From Calcarisporiella thermophila CBS 279.70 (Eukaryota; Fungi; Calcarisporiellomycota): a stretch of DNA of 64,000 nt. The stretch covers positions 409,129 through 473,128 of the forward strand of contig NW_027192212.1 of NCBI RefSeq assembly GCF_041956535.1, read 5' to 3'. Below are positions 25,004-37,000 of this stretch, in pieces; the stretch's first letter is position 1; the number at the start of each line of letters is the position of its first letter. The notes beneath the pieces are model-generated. The model was not told where the DNA came from, did no database searches, and saw only the letters and a list, made by a program, of their open reading frames with translations. The position numbers and the translations under genes were made by a program.

Positions 25004-27892
25004 GGTATTGATGGTGGGTTGAGATGTGGTAAAGATGCGGTTGTGGGGGAGGATGTTTTGAGTATTGAACAGAGAATGATGGAGGAGCTATGCTTGCCGT
25101 TCTTCGCTGTTTATATACAAATGGGAGAACAGGGATGAGTCGGTAGGAGTGACGAAAGGCGAAGTTGTTATTGGTCCTTTACGCGCGACATTTCTCGGCT
25201 TCCTTCTTTGCTAATATTAAGGTTTTTTTCTAATTATATCGCCGATATCCCTCCCGAAACCCTAATTTTGCTTTGTCCTATTGCAGCCAAAGGGGTCCGC
25301 GTCAGCATCGGGTCCGCGGTCGTCTAACATTCTAGATCTCTCAGATATTGCAAACCTTCCCCATTGTTCCTTCTCCTCCCGCATTTGTGGTATGAGATGA
25401 TCCAAAGCGGCTCTTGCTTGAAGAAGTTATCTCGTCCTTCTTAATATTGTCCAAACTTACGAATATTCCCGGAGCTCCCCCGCCTACCCCACCCCAATAG
25501 GCGCCGGAGCGAGATTCTCTCTAGAATACAGCTACGAGTCTCTTGGATATCTTCCGCGCCATCGCTCATAATCAGAGCAGGGCAAACTAGGCGGGCGCAT
25601 CTATTCGAGAGCAGCTCGATGATTGTTCCAATGTCCATGGGGAGGGGAGTGGGGGGCTATTCAAGAGGGCTTCTCCTAACCCCCAACCACGACCGTCTGG
25701 GATCAGATAGGTTTTCCAACTTTGAGGATGAGGATTGACACGGCTCGAAATGTGCAACCTCAAGGTCCGAATGCTTCGGAGTTGCGTTGATTTCCCATTC
25801 AGCCAAAGTGGTTCATCTATCTAGGTTGACTGTGAATTCTCAGAAATATTCCCACAGGCTGCACTCCCGTTGGTCCAATTTCGCGCCCGGGTGGGGAAGG
25901 GGGACGTCTTCCGTATTCCTCCAGAGCAACGACGCGATTTAAGGCGTGGGCCGATTCTCGAAGAAGACACGGCGCAACCGCCCCTCTCCCGCAACTCAGC
26001 TCTTGTGACTGGCTTTGGCGGGGATACTCGGGGGCCGTGCTATTAGAGTTGTTTATAGAATGTGTTTGTTCTTTCATTAGCGCCTCTTTCCGCCTTCATT
26101 TTTGCCTTAGACAGCGAGACGTCAATGTGGCCACAGAATTATCGGGTTCGTGTTTGACAGCCATTGCGGTCGCAAAGCTGAAGAAGGTTGAGATTGCAAT
26201 GAATCTCAACCTTGTTCTCCAGCATTGAGTTTATGCCGGGCAGAAGCAAATAAATTCGGGAGGAAAGAAGGCGATCCGGACTCCCCACTACGCTGTGTAG
26301 GGAATCGAGTTTTGGGTTGCTATGCAGAAGCCTGAAAGCCAGCCACCACAAAGGCTCGAACTCTTCCCCTCCAAGGGAAATGGGTGCCAGGGTCTTCGTC
26401 ACCACAGAGTGCTTGCATAGGAGTGCGCCCCAAAAACTCAAGATTCTTGTTGAAATGGGGCCATCAACCCTATCGCTCCCATCTACCACACTATGCAGCC
26501 CAGGCGATAGACAGATATGCAGCGGCCCTCCATGTGGCCGATAAAGATGTTTCCGGTTCGACCCTCGTAAGATGGGTTTGACAGCCCAATCACCGCCTGG
26601 GCATTATTCCTAGTCGAGGAGATGATTTTATTCGAAAGAACTGCCAACAGAGATGCATCCATATACAAACAATATCTGCGTCATTCAACAGCAGCAGCAA
26701 CAAGAGATACTGGCGCCCTGCAGAGTATGGCTAGGCCGCCTTCATACGCACCCGACTCGGTGAGTATGGAAAAGGAGAGACGACCAAGCAAGCAAAGCCG
26801 TTCCCTGTTATTTTTCCCAGGACGTGCTATGCTATATACATGTATGGACTAGTCATGGGGATCACTGGCGCACGCTTGAATGTCGCCAGAGTATCTCCAC
26901 CCACAGCGAAAATTCCATGCTAACTATATCTACCTGGCTTCAAAAAAAAAAACTACATAATCACTGTATAATAAGTTGATAAAAAAAAATAACATCGAAC
27001 TACGGAACTGTCAAGTCTCAGGGCTTAGCCAAATCGAATGTCTTCGTTGGGCTCCAAAAATTCTGCGAAAAAGATTCCGGCCGATGCGCCCGTGACATTG
27101 ATGGAGGAGCGCCTGCGACGGTGGCGCAATTGAGCCGCGGTTTGAGAATCTCGGCGAGCGGTCTGGGATGAGGCGATCCGCCGTCGATCCTCCTGGAGCC
27201 GATCGGGATGGGGTGGGGAGGATTTCTGGGGAGAGATTGGGTGCTCTGACTGCGGTGGCAGTGGCATGGCTCGCAGGGCTTTTCTTGGAGAGAAAGCGTG
27301 GGTTAATTTTAGACTGTGTTGTTGGGGGCAACAAACGAGGTGCATGTGCACCAACTCTGGCGGTGTCCAATTTCAGCCGAGAGTCGGGCGGGTTCTGCCA
27401 TTTTCCCCCGGGCTTGGATTGTCAATGCACTCTCGACTCGACCGAGGACAATTCGAGCAATGAGGAGAGCGGCAGTGGAAGGAGTGGAAATCCCTTGACG
27501 TTGCATAAATTGAAAAAGGCCGCTTGCAAACAAGGAGCTTGCATAATCGCAGACAGGCATTCCGGCCGGGCCTCCCGCCGCGCGGCTGGCCCTGCGACCC
27601 CTCATCTCCACTCAAAAGCACGGCAGTGCAGGCGGATGGCTTACTGATTGGGTTCCCCGCTTGAATTTTGCAGGTTTAGTGCAGGGGGGAGGAGCGCACA
27701 ATTAAACCTGTAAGCTCTGGCCGGGAGCAACGCTCCGTAATCAAAAGCCTAACCAAGGCTCTCCAGCAATGCGCATTATTTGCGCGAGGAGGGCAGAGAA
27801 AAAAAAACGGGATTTTCAGTTATTTCTGTCAGGAGAGGCTTCAACGTCGAGCTGGCGTGAGCAAAAAGAAAACAGTGGAGATAAGCGAAGCT

Positions 27893-27899
27893 TATATAA
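27893..27899 (+). promoter_or_regulatory. TATA box upstream of the 28000-28170 microprotein gene
   Basis: TATATAA about 100 bp upstream of the ATG, followed by a pyrimidine-rich leader. Confidence 0.55.
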
Positions 27900-27999
27900 G
27901 GGCTTATCTGGGCCCGCTTTCTCCCCATTCCCGCTCACCAACCCTCGCGCTGTCTAGAGGCCCACTCCGCCGGTTCAACTCTTTAATCCTCTCCAAACC

Positions 28000-28170
28000 A
28001 TGTATCTTCGCCAGAACTTCGTCGCCTGCCCTCACGTCAGCAGCCGCAACCCCTGGCCTCCTGCCCGCCCAAACACTCCCAATACAGGTTGCCACAGCCA
28101 GGGCCCGTGGCCCCCCGCTCGTCCGAGCACTCCTAATGGGAATCGCCCTGATTTCAATGTGGATGTCTAA
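28000..28170 (+). CDS. Putative 56-aa microprotein with a duplicated PWPPARPxTPN motif
   Basis: MYLRQNFVACPHVSSRNPWPPARPNTPNTGCHSQGPWPPARPSTPNGNRPDFNVDV*. The two 11-codon repeats differ at 7 synonymous and 1 non-synonymous site. TATA box and AAACCATG start context. Confidence 0.72.
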   Translation: MYLRQNFVACPHVSSRNPWPPARPNTPNTGCHSQGPWPPARPSTPNGNRPDFNVDV

Positions 28171-28754
28171 CCCCCTTGCGCCGGCTCATTTTACCTAATC
28201 TAATTATCCCCCAAAACTGAATATACAACCCCCATTATTACGCTTGTGAGGCCAATCTCTCCTCACCAAAATTCTAATCTTTCAATTGTTAAATAGCGCA
28301 TTCGTTTTATTTTCCCTCTACATAATTTTTCTTGGTTATTTTTATAATTCACTATGCACTGTTTCAAAACATTTCTTCTTCATTCAGGGCTCTTTCATAC
28401 ATTTCTCTTAACTGAAGCATTATAATACCATGGCCATTTGACAAAAATTTTTTTTTTTGTAACCGTCCCTCTATAGATATTCTACTAGGTTTATTTTGGG
28501 TAACTTCTAGGCGTCCTTCCGCTGGAAATAAAACTCTTTTCAACACCATTTTCTTGTTCCTTCATTTTACCATCTCACCAAGCCACCCCTTCTTTTTCCC
28601 AAGTCCCAAGAAATCGAGGCCGCTCATGAAATCCTAAAAAAAAAGAGATCGAAGTGCCATGGATAAAAGAGGTAAAGGTCTATTGATTCCACCCGTGTCT
28701 TCTCTTCGAACCCGTTTGGAAGAAAGGAAGGAATGATGGATTAATTGTTCCATA

Positions 28755-29233
28755 ATGTCTTCAGAGCCCAAACCAGGTGTCATCGACGATTTCGACACGG
28801 GCACTTTTGTTACGGTGGTGAGTTGGGATGTTTCTCTTGGCATTTTGGCCCGCTTTACCTGAAACCCCCTTTCCCAACCTATTCTCAGGCTATCTTCGTC
28901 CTCATCGTGTCCATCGGCCTCATCCTGTGTTACCGTCGTGCACAGCGACTTATACCCAACGGATCCGTCTTCGCATTACGCCCCACCCGCAGAGGTACCC
29001 TGCTCCGGCTGGACGATAGTGATGTTGGATTGCTTCATGACGAAGAGGAAGACGATGATCCCGCCGATGACGACGACAGGGTGTTTCATTCGGGTGATGA
29101 GCGTGACGAGAGAGAAATTCGCGTTCAGGTGGACGAGGATGATGAGGAATTATTGGAAGATGATGAAGTGGAGGCGAGTGCAGAGGCCAATGGGGATGAC
29201 GGTGACAGAAAAAGGTTAGCCCGGAATTCATAG
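28755..29233 (+). CDS. Small single-pass membrane protein with acidic tail (one intron; start uncertain)
   Basis: MSSEPKPGVIDDFDTGTFVTV|AIFVLIVSIGLILCYRR, then a D/E-rich tail; GTGAGT...CAG intron. Confidence 0.65.
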
Positions 29234-29902
29234 TAGATAAAGGCATGGCCTCAAAGGGTTTCGTCTTGTCCCACTTTTGCCTCTCCTCTCCTATTGTATA
29301 GTATACAGCCACTATGTTTCTATTCCTATCTCGAAAGGATTTCTTTTTCATTTGACAAATGGTGAGCGCTTAGTGCTCCGACCGTTTTTCCCTCTCTCTC
29401 TCCCACCCCCCCCCCCCTCGACACGGCTCGATTGTTGGGCTTGTATGATATAAAAGAAACAATAAAAATAAGGCAATCCAAACTCCTTTCAGCGCTGAGG
29501 GGGGGGCCAAAATCCAATTTACAAACAAAGGTTGAAGTTTAATTTCATTATTAAAGTAATCGATCTTGTCGGACGCAATTTAACACCACTTTGTGCACAC
29601 AGTGAAACCGCGCCAAATAGTGGTGCTGGTTTCGTGCACAATGTTCATTTTCCTTTATTATCTCATTACACATTTCAAAACTTGGTTATTGCTCGTGCCC
29701 TCTCCTCTTTTCGTTTCCCTTTTTTGATTTCTTTCTCGCTTTCTACGCTCCTTTTTTCATTATCCCTTTTCAATTCTTCCTCCCCCTCCCCCTTCCCCTC
29801 TGACCTTCTCTTTCTTTTCCTTGCTTGCTGCTCACTCGCCTTACTCTCACCCTCACCCGCACTCTCGCTTGCTCGCTCGCTTTCTATTTCTCTAGCCAGC
29901 TA

Positions 29903-31264
29903 ATGATGATGGCTGTCCCGACCCTAAGCCCTCCCCTCTCCTCGCTTTCTGAGGAAACTCTCGACGACTCTCCTCTCTACCATGGGCTGGCGGTCAAAGT
30001 CCTTGGGCATAAGTACCTCAACCCCTCCGATGAACCTCTCTTCATCCTCCAGGTTCACTCTTTTCACTCTGCTTCCTACAAAATCTATCGCAAGTATGAC
30101 GACTTTCTGCATCTCTGCCGCATCCTCACCCGGGAATTCGTCTCCTACTCGAGAAGGACTCTGGGGGATGTGGAGGAATTTTTGGGTGCCACCGAGATCA
30201 TGAAGCATACCAGAGGCATGCGCGCCAAGCTCTACTCCATGCTTCCGAAGGACAAAGACATTGCCAAGAAACAGGTGGGAATCCGCATCTTCGCCGAACG
30301 AATTTGTATGGTGGACATGGCGGTGCGGCACCCGGCGTTCACCGAGTTCATTCGGCGCAAGCCGTCGGACGTGGAGGTGGAGCGGTTCATGAGCGCGGCC
30401 GGTGATCTGTTTATGGGGGGGAGCGGAAGGGCGAGGAGGGGCGAGGGGGAAAGTACCTACAGCACGAGCAAACGAAGCCACTCCTCCATAGGCTTCAGTT
30501 CCGGGAGCGGAAGAAGCAGCATCTTGAGTGATAGCGATAGCTTCTTCGCCAAGGCCCCCTCCACCATCTCCTCCTCCCATACCCTCACCTCCTCCAAGAA
30601 TCCCCCCTCCCACCACGAGCTGCTTTCTCCAACGAGCATGGCCTCCAACCGGAGATCCATCGCGAGCGACTACCCCGTCAAGTACAACTCGCGCCTCAAC
30701 GGAATCGGCTACGACTTGGAATCGAAGCGCTTCAGCAGGCTAATGAGCAAAAGTTCGCCAATGCTGGAGCTGCCGTTTGCCGAACAGTTTGCCGCCGAGT
30801 ACTCCTCCATTTCCTCCCATAGCTCCGGCCACAAAACGATGAGCGACCACGGCAGAGAACCGAAGCAGAGCTGGCCTGGGCTCCTTCAACCTCCGCCCCG
30901 CCACCCGATGTCCTCATCGGCACCCTCCGAGGGCAAGCGTTTCTCGCCATTCCCAAAACTGACCCCCGTTCCTCCCCCCTCATATACGCCGCCTGTGGTG
31001 CCGAAAATTCTGCTCACCGTCTTGCGCGACCCCTCCACCAGCGTCACCAGCCTCATATCTAGAGATTGCTCTTGGGAGATCCTAAAGTGCCGGATATGCA
31101 TGGAGTTTGCTGCGATGGGCCTGCGAGTGGAGGAGGGGTTTGCCCTTGGTGCCGCCGAAATGGTCCGGGGCCGACCCGCCCTAAGAAGGATCGATGGGGA
31201 CGAGGAGTGGAAGAGATGGGGCAGAAGATGTGAAGATAAGGCAACCCTCCTTCTATTATCCTAA
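29903..31264 (+). CDS. PX-domain protein with Ser/Pro-rich linker and possible C-terminal PB1-like domain
   Basis: N-terminal YKIYRKYDDFLHLCRILTREF...HPAFTEFI fits PX. C-terminal ubiquitin-fold-like segment ends RRIDGDEEW. Confidence 0.7.
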   Translation: MMMAVPTLSPPLSSLSEETLDDSPLYHGLAVKVLGHKYLNPSDEPLFILQVHSFHSASYKIYRKYDDFLHLCRILTREFVSYSRRTLGDVEEFLGATEIMKHTRGMRAKLYSMLPKDKDIAKKQVGIRIFAERICMVDMAVRHPAFTEFIRRKPSDVEVERFMSAAGDLFMGGSGRARRGEGESTYSTSKRSHSSIGFSSGSGRSSILSDSDSFFAKAPSTISSSHTLTSSKNPPSHHELLSPTSMASNRRSIASDYPVKYNSRLNGIGYDLESKRFSRLMSKSSPMLELPFAEQFAAEYSSISSHSSGHKTMSDHGREPKQSWPGLLQPPPRHPMSSSAPSEGKRFSPFPKLTPVPPPSYTPPVVPKILLTVLRDPSTSVTSLISRDCSWEILKCRICMEFAAMGLRVEEGFALGAAEMVRGRPALRRIDGDEEWKRWGRRCEDKATLLLLS

Positions 31265-31660
31265 AACACATCGTTCTCTTCACCCTTCCCCTTCCTCCTC
31301 CATTTCCCTCCCCATGCAGATGCTCCCTCCTTGTTTATTTTTTGCTTGATTGCTCGTGTGTTCGTGTGTTTCCATTTCCTTGTCTAATTCCCATAGTCAA
31401 TTTGTAATGCTGTCTTTCCCGCGTTCCCTCCTTTCTCCTCCCCTTTCTTCTTCTACCCGTCTTAGAGTCTCTAATGTGTTCCCATAAATCTTTGTATCAT
31501 CGTTCGTTCCTTCAGTGCCTGCGGCATGGTTAGTGGATTCAAATACATACAACAAAAAAGAAGATAAATTATATTTATATATTTGTTGGGATATCCTAGC
31601 CACTTGGCTCGTGGATGGCAGCTAGAGTTAGCCTTACTATAACTCTCGTCAAAGTTGGCC

Positions 31661-33616
31661 TTAACCATCAGGATACCTTGCCCTCAGTTCTGCACTTGGA
31701 ATATAGCGGAAAGTGTCGGGATCAAACCTTTCAAAGTAGGCCCCAATTTCCTCTTGTGCATACAACGGCCCGTCTTCTCCCGGCCGATTGCCTAAACCAT
31801 AATCGTCGTGGGCTTGGGTTGCTGACCCCAACGGGTAAGTTGGTGACCCCTGAGTTTCTGCGTCGTTGCAGAAGCGTACCACGATATTATCATGGGCCAC
31901 GTACCGAGAAGAGCCATCCTCGACAAACACGTTGTAAAAAGGTTGGTGGCGTCCGCGGGCAAGGGAAGTGTCCACTTGCATTTGTAAAATCCACTGTTCA
32001 GACGCACTACACTCTATAGGCAGAATCGAAGATAAGTAAATGTCGAGAGAGAGGGGGGGAGGGGGGCGGGAGGATAGGGGAGCTAGTCTTCCCATTGTGT
32101 TCAAAGATGACATTCTTACCTTCGTCCCATCCGTAGATCACAGCTGTATAGCCATACCGCCGATGGTCAAATATAGTGCCCACGCTATACAATTCACTCT
32201 TCTCTCGGCGTCTCTTTGCAACGATCTCTGGCTCACTCGAGTCCTCCTCAAGCACCCTTTCCAGCTCGTAAATTAGTATCCGCTCCTCTGGTCTATCCTC
32301 ACTCACATTGAGCTCTCGCATCCGCTCAAGCACATATTCCGCGTCTTCCGGGAAGCACTGCGAAGTCGCCACTACCCACGTTCTCAGTCGACCAAGGGGC
32401 GGGTTGTCCATTATGGCAAAGAGCTGCGTGAGCGCAGCATGCAGTGTGGTCGCCGGTAGGCCCAGGTTGGCATCCGGCAGCACTGCATTGTAGAGATTAA
32501 TAAGGCAGCGGTAGAAGATGGCGCGTGGCTCTGCCACGACAAAGTGATTTTGAGTAGTGGCAAGACCCATATCCCGCAGCATTTGCTGGCATTCGGCCAA
32601 GGTGTAGCAAATGCCACCCTGGAACACGTCTAGGAAACCGTTCTGGCGGTATCGCAAGAGAAAATGCTGAGGAAAATTGATGGCATCCACGTGCACCCCC
32701 ACTCGCTCCGCAATGGCCTGAAACAATATCGAGAGGGTGAGCGGCAGGCCAGTGTGGGACTTGAGGACTTGATCGATGTAGTTGTTGGCCACAGCATAGT
32801 AGTTCGCCACATTTCCTCGGAAGCCCTTCTTCTCGCAAAAATATCGCACAAGTGCATTAAATCGCGCATCCTCTTCCACGGTATCCACCTCCTCCTCACG
32901 GAATTCTTTTGCGAGCTCCTCAATCCTCTCGTCCACTTGGTGGGTTGTGCACTCGATGTTCCCGAATGACGCAATGAGCGCCATGCCATACCACACGGCT
33001 ATTTCTCTCTCGCCCTTTCTAAATGCTATCCACTGCTCTCTCACCTGTCTTCGCCTCATGTACCGGAGCGTTTTTCTCGCCCAGTACCGCTGCGAGAGTG
33101 GCGACTTGCTCCGGATGATTGTTTTGAGAATGTCTTCGGCCTCCAGTCCGAAATCACCAATTAGTTTGATATTGTGGTTGCGATGCAGCGAGGTACGTTC
33201 GATCTCCCGGAGGAGACAGAGAATGTCGCGGTCGATTTTTAAACGTCTGATAAAAACAGACTTGTATGAGGTTGAAGAAGTGTCCGGAAATTTAGTATTC
33301 CAAATTTTCCATCTAATATCGTAAGAAGAGAGCAATATAACTACTAAGAGGGAGAAGCCTATTATGCTGACGAAAATGATACACAGACCTCTTCTCGCAG
33401 AATCGCTTCCACAAGATATTCGAGTTACACTGCACTGACCATTCGCGAGAAACTCTGGAGAAGCGAGCAAGATCCAGGGGATCGTCGACGTGACGAAGAA
33501 TTTCTATTCATTCCAATTCACCAGTCAACCCACCCACTTGGAAATTAGAACAATGCCACCTAAACAAGAAGTACAAAAAGGTGACACGTACCGTATATAC
33601 AATCCGCTGGAAGCAT
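31661..33616 (-). CDS. FBXO21-like protein: F-box + transglutaminase-like (SirB1) + YccV/HspQ-like domain
   Basis: Spliced F-box MLPADCIY|EILRHVDDPLDLARFSRVSREW; GLPLTLSILF...INFPQHFLL; YccV domain YSVGTIFDHRRYGYTAVIYGWD / HQPFYNVFVEDGSSRYVAHDNI. Confidence 0.88.
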
Positions 33617-34082
33617 ACTGCGTTTCACTAGAATGCAGCTATTTGAGTTTGTTCGAATCTCGAATGTCATACACGCCAATGAAGGCCAAATGAAAGGAGT
33701 GCCGAAAAAATAAAATTCTCTATATATTGCATTTTGCCACATCCGCGATTACTACAGTTGGCCTTTTGCTGCGCCATCGTGACGTTCGCATTTTTTTTGT
33801 TTTGCGCGACGCGTTGATGAAGGATATATTGGGAAGAGTTTTTTATTATTTTTTGACAGGAGCAAAAAGGACAGGAATAAGTAGGGCAAAGAGAACGTCG
33901 ATCCGACCATCATTTGTTTACCATCTATTTCTTGCTATATCCATCATTATTTTCTATTGATAATACACTAGCTATTCCTTAATAATTGTTATTGTTATTC
34001 ACATTGCCAATGTTATATAATTCAATATCATTCATCGTTTCTATATAGTCCTTTGAGGCATCTTTAACTTATTTTTCATTCC

Positions 34083-37000
34083 ATGATTCCAAACTCATAC
34101 GAATCCACCACGCAGCGCATCTCCACACCCGATCCCTCCGAGACCTCATCTCCCACCACAGAGCGGCGTGATGGAAGTCCTCGCACTCCCAAACGGCAAA
34201 TCTGGACGGAGGCCCACAACTTGCGAACACGGCCTGCAACCTCAAATGCCGGACTAACCAAGACACAGCGTTTGATGTTGTTAGCTATGGGAGGAGGGGA
34301 GAGAAGTGAGGAGGAGGAAACCAAAGACGTCGAGGATTACATACGGTATATATCTATGATTCAGTGTGCGTAAGCTGATTTCTTAGCTTCATAATTTTTT
34401 TGCCACTTTTTCCAGGATGCGCGCACAATCGATGCCAAACAATCCCATGCATCCCACCCACACCGTCAATAAATTGGAGTCCATCTCGCGGCTTACCGTA
34501 ATGCGCTCCACCAGTGCTCCAATTGAAGAAGAATCCGGATACCCTAATGGCACTAATAGTAATGGAAAGCAGGAGCGAGCTCTTCCGCCGCCACTTCGGC
34601 GGGCTAATTCGCTCATTTCACAACGTACCGATCGCAGAGAGCTGGTAGCGCTGGCACGAGTGTTGGGATGGCCGGAGCCGCAGCCGGTGCCGCTCTGGGA
34701 AAGGAAAAGCATGTTCTTTGACTCGCTGGACGAGTCGATAAGGCAGGGAAGAGAGGGCACATCGGCTTTGATGAAGGAGAAGGAGTCAGCAGTGCAAGGG
34801 GAGCTGATATCGAGGCCGGCATCGGCCGCGAGTGGAGAGTTGGGCTGGGTTCTGCCCCCGCTCCCCGCCGACATATCCAAGTTTGACGAGGCCGATCTGT
34901 TTCGGTCAAACGTTTCGACCACTTCGGTGACCTCGGGAGTTTCCGCGTCATTGCCGGTCGAGGAGGAGAAAGCACCAACCTCAAAGGAGGCACCACCGCC
35001 TCTTCTCTTCTGTGACTACGATCCATCCATCTTCAACTACTTGAGCTCGGATGAGGATGAGCGGATCATCATCTGGGGGACGGTGGCGGGAGATGGTGTG
35101 TCTGCTTCTCCCATGCCGGGAGACGGCGTAGGTAAAGAGCAGACATCCGAGAAGGCGGAGGATGAGACAAGGAAACGAAAATCTCGCCACCGACGGAGCA
35201 TGATCGAAACGCTTACACGAGCAACCCAGCTGCTCTCCCTTGACAGATCCAAATCACGCCCTACTTCCCCTGAGCCATCCCCGGCCCCTTCCCCAGCGCC
35301 TTTTCACGCCCCAGCGGCCCAGCCAAAAAACTCGACGGAAGTGTCGCAGCGAGTGATCATGGCCGCCACTGTCGAGAAACTGGTGGAAAAACTCACCAGC
35401 AGCATCGACTACGCCTTCCTGACGGATTTCTTCTTGACCTACCGAACCTTTATTTCATCGGTTCAGCTGTGTAAACTGCTGATCCTGAGATTCCGATGGG
35501 CGCTCTTGGAGGATACCGAGGATCGAATGATTGCTCGTATACGGTATGTATTGATGCTTCTCCCCCCCTTATATTACGTGTTGCTCACCACGATGGGTGA
35601 ATAGTATTTTCGTTACTTTCCGCCACTGGCTGCTCAACTATTTTGTGCACGACTATATACCCTGCCGCGCATTGCGTCACACCCTCGTTGCCTACCTCAA
35701 CTCCATTGACTCGCACCCCTCCATTGCTCGCTCTCCACGTGACCAACGCATTGTCAAGAGTCTTCGCCGCATTCTCCGGCGGCTCAAAAAGATGTACTGC
35801 CGGCAACTGCCGCTTATGCCTGACACAGGGGAAAGTGGGGAGACGAGAAAGACCCTTTATGGCTCTCCGGGATTGCTGGCGCGAACTCCGACCGGCTCGG
35901 TGGGATCCAGCTCTCGTTCACACCTCCCCTCGTTACTCTACTCTGAGGGAAGCAGAAATAAGGGGGCTGTGGATAGCTCGTCCCCGGAGTCCGCCTTCAC
36001 CGGCCAAACTAGTGTCCTGACTGACGCGACTAAACTGACTAAATTAACGCCCACCTCCAACGAGGACCCTGGTATGGAGAGAAAAGAGGGTTTTTACGGC
36101 GGAGTGAGCGATGATGACTTGTCCGCGGGCGAATCGAGCGAGGACAATGAGGAGGACACGGACAGAGGGGAGCGAGTGGCAGGAGTAAGAAGAAAACGGG
36201 TTCTTGCGAGGCCGAGGCTTGCCACCGTGGAGCAATCCCCTCCCAACGAACCGTTCTGCAACCCTAGTGATGATCCGTTTGCGCCTCTGCCTAAGCTCTC
36301 CGCTAATGCCCCCGGTGTGAATAAGGAAGCGCTTGAAATGGAGGATCCAGCGCAACCCACTGTGAAACTTCGCCGGCGTGAAAAAGGGCCAGCTGATACT
36401 GGGCTGGAGCGCGATGAGGGTGCTGCGGGCGAGGCACAGCCTCCAAGACGTGGAAGGGCGCGCCCTCCCTTGCCAACCGAATTCTTCTCCTCTCCTACGC
36501 AATCGAAAGCCGACGAAACAGAAGAGTCACCCGGTGGGAGCGATGGCCAAGGCACCGTCTCCGATATTGGAGGGAGTGTTGACATGGGCCTCACGCCCTC
36601 ACCCCCCGCCAATACTAAGTTGAATTCGGGCCATGATCCTTTTGGGTTCCTATCGGACTCGGGTGTCGCGAACGGAGCCGGCTATCAACGACGCCGAGCA
36701 GCAGCCCAGCGACAACGAAGACGGAATCAGCACCACAAGCGGCCCCCGCTGCCCGCATTTAGTCCAGTGCAAACCAGAAACCCTGTTGGGGGAAGAGACG
36801 CCGGCAGAATATCCCTCCGGCAATCATCAGGCGGGAACGGTGGCGTGAAGGAGGAAGAATCGAATGGACTATTCGGGAATGCCCATTTCGCGCCCGAACT
36901 TTCCCCCTCTGCCCTCGAAGCGCAGCGGCACTGCCTTGCGCAGAGGGGGAGGGAGAGGAATACCGACCCTGATGATATCTTTGGGGAAGATGCGGCGACC

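Noticed and set aside
25441-27647. ORF-track ORFs of 60-159 aa in the intergenic interval
   Set aside because: Mostly non-ATG starts, mutually overlapping, no recognisable domains or consistent splice pattern.
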